Of a DNA stretch of 64,000 nt, positions 49,181 to 61,848 are shown one piece after another. Below the pieces are notes generated by a model, which saw nothing but the letters and a program-made list of their open reading frames with translations, was not told the DNA's origin and ran no database searches. The position numbers were made by a program, and so were the translations under genes. Each line of letters opens with the position of its first letter. Position 1 is the stretch's first letter. Source of the stretch: Mobula hypostoma (Eukaryota); assembly GCF_963921235.1 (NCBI RefSeq), contig NC_086097.1, positions 48,610,001 to 48,674,000 on the forward strand. Direction: 5' to 3'.

Positions 49181-51267
49181 CTGAAAAACATTTATATAAA
49201 AGTTTAAAAACAAACACAATCAACTTTTATTTTAAATTAAAATAAATAAACTCCTTCACTTACATTCAACTGAATGGAGCCATGCAGCAGTTGATGTAGA
49301 ATTGAATAGTGGGTTAAAAGATCTATCTGGCCATTGGGCCACGACGGTATGGAATTGCTCCTCTCATTACTGAGTCCAGTGGTGGATCAGAAGCCAGACT
49401 GACTGTCTGCAATTGTGAAAGTCCTGGACACAATGCAGTTGGGCAATAACTCTCTACGATGCTTCTGGCCTGCCATCAGCATGATCCAGCCCATTAGCTC
49501 AATGAGCAAAGGACTATCTGCAAAGCTGTCATTATTACTTTAACAAATAACATATGGATCATTTAAAGATAATCCTTTAAAACTTTAAAGAGCCATTTTA
49601 CATATAGCTGCACATCTGAAAATGGAACTAGCCAGCAACACCAATTTAATTGGTAACTTAACTACCTTGCAACCACTTTTTAATGTCTAGTTCGCTGTTG
49701 TGCAACTGCTCCACTTTAATCTTTGGAAATAAAGTTCTAATGTTTGAAGGCTTGCAATAATTTTAGTTATTCATAATTAACCCATTTCAGATGATGCTTA
49801 ACAGCTACCAATGTGAAACTCAGAAAGTGACTGCTTATTCACATGTCCCTGCCCAAAAGAACAGTATTAATGTCAATTGCAATATTCCCAAAGCACCAGA
49901 AACACATTCCTTGTGAGTCTGAAAGGAAAAAATGGGAAATTTATGGAAACATTTATAATTATTCTAGACTAATATACACTAAAAACAGCCCAAATAAAGG
50001 ACTAAAACAAGCACATATTATTTTAGGCATTTTTTATGGAATAGAACGTCAATGCAATCTTGTCTGTTATCTGATCAAGTGATGACAGTAGTACAAATCC
50101 ATCAGAAAACAGGACGCAGCTGATAAAATAGACAACTGTTGGTAAAGGAAAAATAACCGGTCGCATGTCTGCATTGTACACCCTCTGTGTCTGTACTCCT
50201 GTACAGGATCACATTGGGCATGGAGAATGACACACGCCCTTGGGCAAAGGTCACCCTGAGAAGCTGGGTGGCTTCTAGTTGTCTAATCTGTATTCAGACT
50301 GGAAATAGTTTCCATACATTGTGCTATTATTATTATTATTGCTGCTGGGTGTTTGAACCATTCAGAACAAAATATCCGTGGCCTGGAATTGGGGTATGCT
50401 CTGATGTTTTAGATCTGAAGTGATGGGTTGCAATCAGTAGATGGGAAGTTAGAAAAAAACAGAAATGGGAAAACTGAGGGAGGAAATAGGAAATTACAAA
50501 CACAATTTTGTTCAAAGAAAATATTTTGCAAAGATTTATAGTCTTGATTTGAACCTTTCTAAATTATAATTTATAATCATAAAATAAATTTGTGACTGTC
50601 ATTCACTTATTTTTTCCATTATTCCAAACTCTTCTTACAGCATCAGTTAAAATTAATGTTAACAGTAGCAACAATTCCAATATCACAACAATACCTTTCT
50701 TATTATACCATACAGGACACACACGTACACGCGCTGTTACATAGTGACATGCAAATACCTGCTGCGTCAGTTTATATTTAAGCATATCATAGCATATATC
50801 AGGAATGGCTTCTGGAAATTGGCCTTGATGTTTAACAACTGCAAAAGGGACTTTGTGAATAAAAGCTCTGGGTGATGAGGAGAGGAATGGGAGTTCTATC
50901 AGCCAGACATTCAAATTCTATGTTGTGGTCTGTCCTTTTTACTTGGGGCGGTGGTGGGGGTAGTGGTTGGGTGAAGTATGTACAAGCCCCCATCTCAGCA
51001 GCTGTGTGCTTCATCTATTTATTACAAATTCCTGACATGTAGACTGATACTTCAAAAATGGTACTCCAAATGAGGGGGGAGTAAGGATTACCGTGGATTA
51101 GCTGTGTGGATAGCTGATTTACAGGACAAAGGCAAGTGCATTTAGTCTGCAGTGTTTACATAAATTTTTGATGATTTAGGCTTTATTTATTGCACTGGTA
51201 TTTTCTTAAGAACATTTGTGCCACTTATTTGGTTATTATTATTATCTTCAGCACAATTACTGGTACA

Positions 51268-51740
51268 AATCAAGTCAAATTTAATTATCATTCAAACCAT
51301 ACATAGATACAGTTGAATGAGACATTGTTCCTCTGGGACCAAGGTACAGACCATTCAAAATAACAACCAAATGTTCAAAAATAGCAAGTAACATAATTCA
51401 AGATAGCGAGCAAAGAAGTGTATTCACTCAAAAAAAACCTATATGTAAACCAAGATCCTGAGCGACAATGTCTGGCTATCAATGGTACAGTCTCCCAGCC
51501 ATATACAGATGCACACAATCCAGCCTGTCATTGCACCACTCGAACACAGAAGGGCAGCACTGATGGGGGAGGACAGGCCCCAGCTGAGCTTGGGCGCCAA
51601 GCTGTAAATGCTTCTGTGTCCCTCTCCTAGTCTGCAGCAGCAGGCAAGCCCAAGGCTTGAGGCCTTGTTCAAGCTACAGCCGAGGCTACACAGCTCCCAT
51701 GTTGCCTGTCCCTCCACCAGGCAAGGATAACAGGCCTTGT
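51268..51740 (-). mobile_element. Unclassified non-coding retroposon with a LINE-like 3' tail
   Basis: aatcaagtcaaatttaattatcatt tail pattern resembles other minus-strand retroposon ends here. Confidence 0.4.
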
Positions 51741-52199
51741 CTGCTACAAAGAGTAATAAATACTGGAGAGAGTCAAACAGGCAGGTAGGGAGGAATTTAC
51801 TGCTGTATCTACTGAATGAGATCAAATAGAGGAAATCTGCATTTGTCTTGATGGTTCAATTTGTCGCCTTTTTTGTTGCTGTTCTATTATAAATCAAACA
51901 AATGGAGGGGTATATAATTTTTCATCTTAACAATTACATATTAAGTAACCAATTTCTTCCTTGACATATGCCTCACTTTTGCTGGGCAGGAAGCTCTCAG
52001 CCAGCTTTCGGGCTTGTCGTTCTTCAGCCAGAATAGGGACGAGGACTCTCCCAGACTGCAAGTTCCAACTCTTTCTTTCTTAGAGAAACTGCAGCATCAA
52101 TTTCAAAGAATTATTCCTTTTTTAACCCCACTGTACTTCAAATGTTATCTCTTCCTTTCTTATTACAGTGCAGGTAGAGATCATTCAGCCATCATGCAT

Positions 52200-52500
52200 A
52201 CATTCAGCATTCCCAGTCCTCCCCTTCATTATTTACTCCTTAGCCCTGCAACCTAGTCTTTTTCTCATGCCCATCAACTCCCCTTTGATCCTTTTACCAC
52301 TTCCCTACGCTAAGAGGCCCACCAAGAGAACAAATGTAGTTTACCTACACTGGCACATCTTTGAAGGAAACCAAAACACCTCCCCCACCCCTGCAGGAAC
52401 CCATGGGATCACAGGGCAAGTGTACATCTCTCCTTAGACAGCACCCAAAGTGAATATTGAACCCAGGCCCATGAAGCTGTGAATTAGCAGCAAAACTGTC
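52200..52500 (-). mobile_element. V-SINE remnant
   Basis: ggaaaccaaaacacc...ggaacccatgggatcacagggcaagtgtac...attgaacccagg. Confidence 0.5.
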
Positions 52501-52810
52501 TACTTACACCCCACCTCTAATTACTTATTTCTTATTTCGTTTACAATGGTGTGAAACAAATTGGGATGTTCATCTACCTTAAAAGAGCAACATAAATGCA
52601 AGTTGTTTCATAAAGCTGCACAATCCCAGGCTGACTATTTGAAGGTAACACACACAAAATGATGGAGGAACTCAGCAGGCCAGGCAGCATCTGTGGAAAA
52701 GAGTAAACAGTCGACATTTCAGGCCGAGGCCCTTCATCGGGACTGGAAAAAAAAGATGAGAAGTCCGAGTAAGAAGGTTGGGGCAGGGGAGGAAGAAATG
52801 CAAGGTAGAT

Positions 52811-53295
52811 AGCTCCAGCTCCCGGCCTTCATGTGTGTCTTAACTACTAAGCCCAGTGGAACTGTTTCTACTGACAGGAGAAGGGGCAAAGGCGGGATAC
52901 TGGCACCTTAAAACCAGTCACTTCAGGCAGATGGGGCTCATTAGCCATGGTTGGCAGTTCATCTAGGAGAAGGAAAACTCTCATCTCAAACATCTGCTGC
53001 CTTGCGGCTATACACACTCACGGGGAAGGCTTCGGGAGTAATCCCTGGGGGAGAAATCCAGTGCTGGAGTCCCTAAGGCAGTCCTACATTGAGTTAAACA
53101 TTGACTGGCAACTCCTGCGACGCTGCTGGTACCAAACTGTATCGGTCTCTGCCGTTCCTTTGGGTTTGTCAAATGCATGGCGAGGGGGATGCTTGCTACA
53201 TGGCAACAGCTTGCTCTCCATATTGTACTGCCCAACTGGCGTATCTAGACAGCTAGGATGCAATATCCATGGTCAACTCTGACTGATGGAGGCCT
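52811..53295 (+). mobile_element. 5'-truncated copy of the RTE-related non-coding element, with the 3' part of the HDV-like fold at 52819-52880
   Basis: Homologous to the reverse complement of 11597-12050. Confidence 0.75.
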
Positions 53296-54294
53296 CAGCA
53301 GGTGATGAGTGAAACTGGGAGGGAGGAGGGGTGAAGTCAAGGGCTGGGAAGCTGATAGGTGAAAGAGATAAAGGGTGGGAGAAGGGGGAAGCTGATAGGA
53401 GAAGGTCGAAAATTATGGAAGAAAGGGAAGGGAGGAGACCAGATAGAGGTGATGGGCAGGTAAGGAGATAAGGTGAGAGAGGGAAATGGGAATGGGGAAT
53501 AGTAAAGGGGAGGGGGATATTATTGGAAGTTTGAGAAATCAATGTTTCTGCCATCAGGTTGGAGGCAACCAAGATGGAATATAATATGTTGCTCCTCCTA
53601 CCTGAGTGTGGCCTCATCATTGCAGTAGAGGAATACTCACATGTTGGAATGGTATGGGGAGTAGAAGTAAAATGGGTGGCCATTGGGAGATTCTACTTTT
53701 TCTGGCAGACAGAGCATTGGTGCTCAGTGAAGCAGTCTCCCAATTTACGTTGGGACTCACCAATATACAGGAGGCCTCACCGGGAGAACCAAGCACAATA
53801 TATAATCCCAACAGGCTCACAGGCAAAGTGTCACCTCACCTGGAAGGACTGTTTGGGACCCTGAATGGTAGTGAGGGAGGAGGTGTAGGGCCCAGTGCAG
53901 CACTTGTTCTGCTTGCAATGATGAGTGCCAGGAGGGAGATCAGTGGGGAGGGACAAATGGACAAGGGAGTCACGTAGGGCGTGATCCTTGCAGAAAGCAG
54001 AAATGGGGGGAGATGTGCTTGGTGGTGGGATCCCAATGGCAGAAGTTATGGAGAATTATGTGCTGGATGAGGAGGCTGTGAAGTAGTAGATGAGGACAAG
54101 AGGAGCCCTATACCTGGTGGGATGGAAGGAGGATGGGGTGAGGGCAGACATATACGAAATGGAAGAGATTCAAGTGAGGGCAATGCTGATGATGGAGGCA
54201 GGGAAGACCCTTTCCTTAAAGAAGGAGGATATCTCCTTAATTGTCTCCATTCTGACATGTTAGTCCATGGCCTCCTCCACTGCCGTGGTGAGGC

Positions 54295-54487
54295 TGTGGA
54301 GGCCAAGTCTCTGGATGCTTTCAAAAAAGAGATAGATAGAGCTCTTAAAGATAGCGGAATCAAAGGTTATGGGGACAAGACAGGAAACGGATACTGATAG
54401 TGGATGATCAGCCATGATCACAGTGAATGGCGGTGCTGGCTCAAAGGGCCTAATGGCCTACTCCTGCACCTATTGTCTATTGTCTAT
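54295..54487 (+). mobile_element. CR1 3' end insertion
   Basis: EAKSLDAFKKEIDRAL; (ctattgt)n tail; 6-bp TSD tgaggc (54289-54294 / 54488-54493). Confidence 0.85.
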
Positions 54488-54892
54488 TGAGGCCACACTC
54501 AGGTTGGAAGAACAACACCTTATAGTCCATCTGGGTAACCTCCAATTTGATGGCTTGAACATCAAATTCACAAACTTCCAGTAATGGCTCCTGCTTCACT
54601 ATTCCCCATTCCCATTTCCCTCTCTCATCTTATCTTTTTATCTGTCCTTCACCTCCATCTGGTAATCCTCCCCCTTCCCTTTCTACCATAGCCTTCTGTC
54701 CTCTCCAATCAGATTCCCCCTTCTCCAGCCCTTTATCTTTTTCACCAATCAACTTCCCAGCTCTTTTCTTCATCCCCTCTCCTTCTCCAGGTTTCACCTA
54801 TTACCTTGTATAACTTCCTCCCCTCCACCACCTTCTTACTCTGAATTCTCACCTTTTTTCTCTAGTCCTGATGAAGGGTCTCGGCCTGAGAC

Positions 54893-55096
54893 TGTAATGT
54901 ATGGATCTATTTCTTTTAGAGCATTGACTCCTTTTAGCAGTACGTTTGAACTGTTGTCTACACATGTGTATTGATCTGTTGGCTATGCAAGCACATTGTT
55001 CTCTCTCTCTCACTGCAATGTGAATACACCAGTTAAAGCCATCTCCCACGTGCATGCTTTTATTTAATTCATATGTAGTTGTGCACAGATACAACA
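54893..55096. mobile_element. 204-bp solo LTR-like insertion
   Basis: TGTAAT...ACAACA termini; TSD gagac/gaaac (54888-54892 / 55097-55101); the pLTR resumes exactly afterwards. Confidence 0.75.
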
Positions 55097-55329
55097 GAAA
55101 CATCAGCTGTTACTCTTTTCCATAGATGTTACCTTGCCTGCTGAGCTCCTCCGGCATTTTGTGTGTGTTGCTTAGATGTCATACATCTGCAGATTTTCTC
55201 TTGTTTGTGATTTGACTGTTTGAAAGTACCTGCTTCTTTTTATCTTTCTATTAAAGCTATGCCTTGATGCATGTCCAACAATATACAGTCTAACCATTTC
55301 AATGACATTCAAAGGCATTACAATTCTGC

Positions 55330-55830
55330 TGACATTGGAGTGGGTTCAAAGGAGGTTCACACAAATGATTCTGGGATTGAAAGACATCACACGAAGAGCA
55401 TTTGATGGCTCTGGGACTGTATTCACTGGAATTAAGAAGAATGAGGGATGACTTTATTGAACCTGTCAAATGTTGAAGGACCTCAGTAGAGTGGTTGTGG
55501 AGAGGGTGTTTCCTATAGTGGAGAAGTCTAAGAGCAGAGGACACAGCCTCAGAATAGAGCGGTGTCCTTTTAGAATGGAGATGAAGAGGAATTTTTTAGC
55601 CAGAGCAGTGAATCTGTGGAATTTGCGGCCACAGGGGCTGTGGAGGCCAAGTCTTTATGTATATTTAAGGCAGAGGTTGATAGATTCTTAATTAGTCAGG
55701 GCATTAGTGGGGAGAAAGCAGGAGATTGGGACTGAGAGGAAAAATAGATCAGCCATGATGAAATGATGGAGCAGACTTGATGGGCCAAATGGCCTAATTC
55801 TGCTCCTATATCTTATGGCCTTGTGGTCTT
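55330..55830 (+). mobile_element. CR1 LINE 3' fragment
   Basis: ORF 55470 (SRGHSLRI...RNFL...VNLWN) and the CR1 terminal motif. Confidence 0.85.
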
Positions 55831-55999
55831 TGCCCAGTGGGTCAGTGCCCAGAGTCTTAGCTGAACAACCCACTTAAGTGTGGTTGTTTCAATAGCTGAT
55901 CAGAATCTTGCCATCCTATGGTGAGTGGACAAAAGTAGTAGATTCCACACATGTCATTGAGATTGGGAAGTATATTCATTATTGTTGTACGTAGTGTGG

Positions 56000-56470
56000 T
56001 CCCAAAGCCTTTCTACCACCTACCCCACTGCAAGTCATGGGTGTGATGGAATAGATGTACAATAATTCACATCTCTGGATGTTTGCGGCTTGATCCATGC
56101 TAAAGATGCTCAGTACCATCCATTTCAAAGCTGTCTGACTTTCCATTCTTTCTCCCTTCCTTCACCAACACACTATAGTCGCAATGTGCACCAATGAAAT
56201 AAGCAGTGACAATGCAGTACCTCCCAAACCCATGCTGCCAGTTTGATGGATTCAACAATTGAAGTAGTGGATTCAACAAGTCATTGAGACTTGGAAGTAA
56301 TGCACACTCATTATTGTTGTATCTAAATACTGGGGTCTTCTTCCCAGCATCCTTGCTGCATTACCTTGACCAGAAGAACTGTAGGGATTCAAGGTGTCGC
56401 TTACATATTGTCCAGGTCAGCTGGGGGGCAGGAAATAAATGCAGACCTTGGCAGTGATGCCCACGTTCAG
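56000..56470 (+). mobile_element. Ancient CR1-type LINE 3' remnant
   Basis: caagtcatgggtgtgatggaata...cctcccaaaccc...aataaatgcagaccttggcagtgatgcccac, recalled old CR1-group motifs; not aligned. Confidence 0.5.
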
Positions 56471-58234
56471 TAATTTTGTAAAACTTAGGCGTATCCTGCT
56501 GTGATTCTATTAATAAACCGAAAATGTGGTTCTCACTAAAATTAATAGGATTGTGCAATACTCCATCCGATTTTAAAATCACAAAAAATGTCTCAAAAAT
56601 ATATTAAACAACTCTTTGCTGGTCAGCTTATTATTTTAAAATTAACTTCAACATAAAATATTATTTAAATTATGCCCATAAGCATTCAGTTAAGGAAAGA
56701 AACACTCTTAGAAGAGTCTTCTCCAACCATATTTTTGGGTGTAATGTTCTGGTTGAATTGAATTAAAGCAGAATAGAATGAGAGAAAAGCTGTCATGAGT
56801 GGATATTCTATAAATTTGTTTAAAATTCCTGATCTTTTTGATTGCTTTGGTGAGTTTTGTTAGGATGGTACTTGAATTAACAAGTGGAAGCTAATCCCAT
56901 ATTATCTATGAAATTCTATTTAATAACCTCTATTTTCTCTCACTAATTTAACTGTTTTAAAAAATTTTGCTGTTGAATAAAACATATTCAATGTGAGACA
57001 AATGCATGTCTAATGTTTTGCTTGTCTAGCGCTAATCACTCACTTTTTACATAATTTTAAATTTCAATTTTGACACCTGCTTGGAAATACAAGTTTACAC
57101 ATGTCTAAGTTACTCCTTGGCTCCTGATCTATAGCAGTTACTGTGTATTTCTGAAACAGCAACAACCTCGTCAGTAGCTGGAGAATAGACACGTCATAGT
57201 GGCTCTTTAATTTTGGCAACCATAAAGGTACGTCAGGTAATAATTACTCTAAGAACAATGCTCCTGTACATTGATTTTGCGAGATCATTAGTCTTGCACT
57301 GCATACCATTCATTGCCGTAGTCTACCATCCATGTGATTGATGCATCCACTACCTGGATGAATTACATGCACCTGCAGATTAGCAATTTAGGTGGATGAG
57401 TGCTTTGAAAAATACTTTAGTCAAGAAATCACTTACGGAAAACATCACCCTCCATTTTCTATGTTGTTTGTCAGCATTTATATTAACTAGAAACATGATG
57501 TTCTCTAACAAAGGAGTACTCACTAATCTTGTTTCCTATAAATAATGCTGAGGTAATTTATATGATTTCTACAAGAGGAAGATTTCAGACAGGTTGTTCT
57601 GGTGGAACAGATATCCAAGCTGAAAAAATGACAAAAAATTCTGTCAACAGTGGTCAACGTGTGGTCTCTGTATTACAATTTTAAATGAGTTCATTGAATT
57701 GGGCTGATTAAATTCTAGCCATAAGTCTTACGTGAAAGGAAGCAGGCAGAATCTCTGTTACAGGTGTAAGAGAGCACTGTCTGCAACTACTTGTAGATTT
57801 AACTTCATCAAGGAATGTTATATGTTCAGGGTCCTGCTCCAGGACTTTGAGTAGTCAAGGCTGACAATTTAGTGCGGTAGCAGGGGAATGTTTGAGAAAT
57901 TACCATTAGTTCTTTGGATAAGATAGATGAGCTGTTCCTTCCATGTGTTCTATTGGATCTAATGATAATATAATAAAAGCCACAGCTTTGCCTCCCAGCG
58001 TGCTTCCTTTACTAATAACGGTGATTGTCCCTCTGATCACCATTGATGAGATCTTGCCATGTAAATGACAGTCGATGCATTTTAACCTAGAAATTGCATG
58101 CACATCTCTTTGCAATAATTCTGAGAGATGAAATAATATTGTTGAGTAAATTTCCTTCTAAAGAAGACTGTGTATATATATGACTAATATATATTTCCTC
58201 CTTGTTTATGGTCCTGAGCATGACCAAAATCTTA

Positions 58235-59093
58235 TGTAATGTCCTGGTTAAGATTTCTACTGCTCTGCTGCAGGTATTTCATTTTAACAGTTCTGCAAAG
58301 GAAGTGTGTCCTGCTGGTATACAATATTTTGGTTCAGTTAGCGATAAGAAGCCCTGCTGTTCAACTTAGGGATGCTGTGTCAGCCAATCAGGATGGAGGA
58401 ATCAGGAGAAAGTTCTAGAGATAGCTAGGCAGAGAGAAATTTGTGACAGATGGTAGACTGGTTCTGGGTCTCTTTGGCAGGAGCTGCGGAGAGGACAGGA
58501 GGGAAGATATCTCAGAATGCCATGGGAAGGAGAGTCCCTGTTGCATGAAGTGCTTTGGGCAGATGAATGACTCTAAGGAGGTAGGGCCAATACTCCTGAG
58601 AGAGGGAGAGGGAGAGTGAGAGAGAGATATGGGGATGGGACTGGGGATGGGTTTCGGAATGTGGTGTGTGTTTTCACACAGACTGTGGGTCCAGCGCGTG
58701 AGTAAAAAAGAACTCTGGGATTAGATTCAACTTTATGTGTACATTGGACTGGTTTAACTGTAATGGCCACATTTTATTTTTCTTCTCTTTTCTACTAACC
58801 ATTCACTAAAGCTGAAATATGTAAATACATTTTCTTTATGACTTTATACGGTTTACAATCTGTTACTTCTTGCTGACCGACAATAGTGTACGGGTAGTAT
58901 TTGCACAGCATTCGCTCCAGCTGCGGTTTCTTTAATCAGAGCATCATGATGTATCTGTTTGGTTGAACCCCAAATCCTACCGTCCCTAGATGTGTATCGT
59001 TTATAAAAGGTGGTCTTTTCACTGAGTCACGCGGCTGTTAGCTGAGTCGGCTAACAAGTCAAGTTTGCTTACGAGCCCAGTGAGGGGGCTACA
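58235..59093 (+). mobile_element. Solo LTR (~859 bp), Gypsy-like
   Basis: TGTAAT...GGGGCTACA termini; flanks ctta/cttg (3/4 TSD); CCAAT box at ~58384. Confidence 0.6.
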
Positions 59094-59329
59094 CTTGGGT
59101 TTGGCAATAAGAGAAGTAGCCATAGTTCTCAGCAATGAATCTGCATAATTAATCACAGAGCAAAGACAAGTGGTTGCAAGGTGCACCATCCTTTCACTGT
59201 TCCAAGGCAAATTTCAGGAGATGCCAGCAAAATTTGAAACATTTTGAATCATAAAAAGAAAAATTCAAATTGCATTTAACGAGGTTGATAAGGAAAACAC
59301 TGCTGCATATTATAAATAAATAAATAACT

Positions 59330-59460
59330 GAAAACACTGTCAATACTCAGCGGGTCATGCAGCGTCAGCAAGGAGGGAAACTGTTAATATTTCAGGTCAA
59401 CGACCTTTCAGCAGAACCATGTTTGACTTGAAATATTAGCTTAGTTTCTTCCTCCACAAT
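59330..59460. mobile_element. Older Penelope-type inverted pLTR remnant with a variant hammerhead motif (59383-59417, minus)
   Basis: GTT-CTGCTGA-A-AGGTC-gtt-GACCT-GAAAT-ATT-AAC; partial inverted copy at ~59425-59457. Confidence 0.55.
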
Positions 59461-59599
59461 TTTTATACTTTAAATATTTGTTGATTTGTAGGGGATATTT
59501 TGTAGCCAGCTGCACCATGTTGTAAAATGCCAGCGACACACACAAAATGCAGGAGGAAGTCAGCAGGCCAGGTTGTTTGGAAAGGCACTCTATTATCTA

Positions 59600-59970
59600 C
59601 AGTGGCTGGTTCCAAATGAAAGTCCTGCTCCTGGATTTGAGAACAGATGAGGCTGCTTCCTTACTGTAGCATGGTTGGAGGTGCAGCATCCTGGACAAAA
59701 AAATCTATTCCGATGGGCATAAAAGATCCATCGGCACTACTGGAGAAATAACTATTCTCCAGTTGTCCTGACTGATGTCCATCTCTAATATAGCACCAAC
59801 AGAAACAAATGATGTGGTTCACTGCTGCGTGCAAGGTGGATACCACAAAGTGTGTAATGTTGACAAAAGCTACAGTGTTTGATGATGCAAATTAAAGCGA
59901 TTCCTCTGCCATAGATTACTTGTAAATGTACCACAGACATGAAAATTACTGTATAATAGAAAGTTCCTTC
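59600..59970 (+). mobile_element. Ancient DeuSINE-like remnant (similar traces at ~57820-58130, 61600-61800 and 62820-62960)
   Basis: taaaagatccatcggcactact...ttctccagttgtcctg...caccaacagaaacaaatgatgtgg resembles the recalled Deu-domain; not aligned. Confidence 0.45.
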
Positions 59971-60087
59971 ATTTCATACAAATTGCTTCCAGTTACACTC
60001 TCCAGTTTTCTTTGAAATTACTCTGAAATAATTTACATTTCAATAGTGTCTTTCATATCCTATGGAAATCCCAGAGTACTTTACAAC

Positions 60088-60810
60088 TGGAGAGGGTCAG
60101 CAACTTTAAATTTCTCAGTATTATCATTTCAGAGGGCCTGCTCTGAGCCCAACACTTAAGTGCAAGTAAAGAGCCTCTACTTCCTTAGAAGTTTGTGAAG
60201 ATTAAGTATGACAACTAGAACTTTGACAAACTTCTATAGATGTGTAGTGGAGAGGTATATTGACTAGCTGCATTACAGCCTGGTAATTCCCTTGAATGGA
60301 AAATCCTACAGAAAGTAGTGGATCACAGTGCATCACAGGTAAAGCCCTCCCCACCATTGAGAACATCTATATGAAGCATAGTCCCAGGAAAGCAGCATCA
60401 AGCATCAGTGACCCCCACCTCCCAGGTCATGCTCTCTTCTCATTGCTACCATCAGCAAGACGGTACAGGAGCCTCAGGATGCACACCACCAGGTTCAGGA
60501 ACCGTTTTATCTCTCAACTATCAGACTCTTGAATGGAACTGTTCCCATAATCTATGGAATCACTTTCAAGATTCTTCATCTCATGTTCTTATTAGTTATT
60601 GTTCACTTATTTATTGCTTTCTTTTCTTTCTTTTTTTCCCACAGTTTGTTATCTTTTTCACACTGGTCATCCACCATTTTGGTGCAGTCTTTCATCGAAT
60701 CTATTACAGTTATCGGATTTTTTGAGTATGTCCACAAGAAAATGATTCTTAGGGTTGTATATGGTGGCATATATATATATAATTTAATAGCAAATTTAAT
60801 TTGAACTTTG
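60088..60810 (+). mobile_element. Rex1/Babar-type LINE 3' fragment
   Basis: ORF 60296 (RKAASSISDPHLPGHALFSLLPSARRYRSL...TTRFRN); tgaacttt tail. Confidence 0.85.
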
Positions 60811-61848
60811 TGTTGTAACTGTTGCAACTAATTTGCACACTACATACAGGAATGAAAAGCTGCTCTGAAAATCTTGTGTTAGTAATAACTATTGCTCCAG
60901 AGGTAATGCAGGTTGATAAACTAGAACATCTTTGGCAGAGCAAATCAAATAAGTAAGCTTTGTATAAGCATGCTCATTCTTGATGTTTGCAGGATGAAAG
61001 ATGAGGCAGGGGAGGCTTTCCCACTCCCCCACCCCCCAGCTGCCCTCATCGCAATGTATCTGTACATACCCCAGTCACGTAAATGTAGAATCAGAAAAAA
61101 AATTATGACATTAGGGGAGGTCAATCTACCCATCAGGCCTGTGCTGATTGAAAGGGAACTACCAATTCTAATCTTTACTTTTAGTGGAATGCCACAGCTC
61201 TTTAGATGCATATCCAAATACACCAGTGGATATTCCACAGCTTTAATGTGAAATGGTTCCAAGACACAACAGACAGGGCTGATGAGTCATTCAAAGGACA
61301 GCACCTCTGACTACCTCTCTCCAGCTCTGCATTGGAGGCTTATCATTACTTTTTGGGTTAGGGTGTTGAGAATGGCACTTGGAGAGGCAGAGGTAAAAAG
61401 TGCCACAAACTGCATTTCAGAGATTTATTTCAGAAGGAAGTGCTCATTGTTTCAGCGTGGTAGGAAGTCACGACAGAGCGGTCTCTTGGATATTCTCTGA
61501 AACTACAGCTAGAACCCTTATCACACCAAAACGTGGCATGTTAAAAAGAATACATGAAACAATCTTCCTCGCACCTAATACCTTGATGTTTCTAATTTAG
61601 TAACATAGTCATCCCAAAGGCATTCCTGCTACTATGAAGGGAGGAAGTGAGACAGAATATCCTTTTCTGCTCTGTTCTCTTCAATTGCTCCACTAAGGCA
61701 ACTGTATCACTGCCACAAACTGTTGGGATCTTTCTTGGAAATGCCAAAGACATGGAAACCTGGTACAAGGTACCAGTAAGCTCTTTTATCAGTTCACCTT
61801 CAATATAAAGCCTTTACTCTGGGTGGAGGCAATGGCACTAGAGACAAC

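Larger units (their letters stand above)
52648..55212. mobile_element. Penelope insertion with inverted 5' half (minus 52648-54236, plus 54240-55212) carrying three younger insertions
   Basis: 16-bp TSD tgactatttgaaggta/tgactgtttgaaagta (52632-52647 / 55213-55228); GIY-YIG remnants in both orientations; a pLTR at each end. Confidence 0.85.

Noticed and set aside
57160..57227. Exon-like segment (aaacag|...AAG|gtacgt)
   Set aside because: Stop codons in all three frames.
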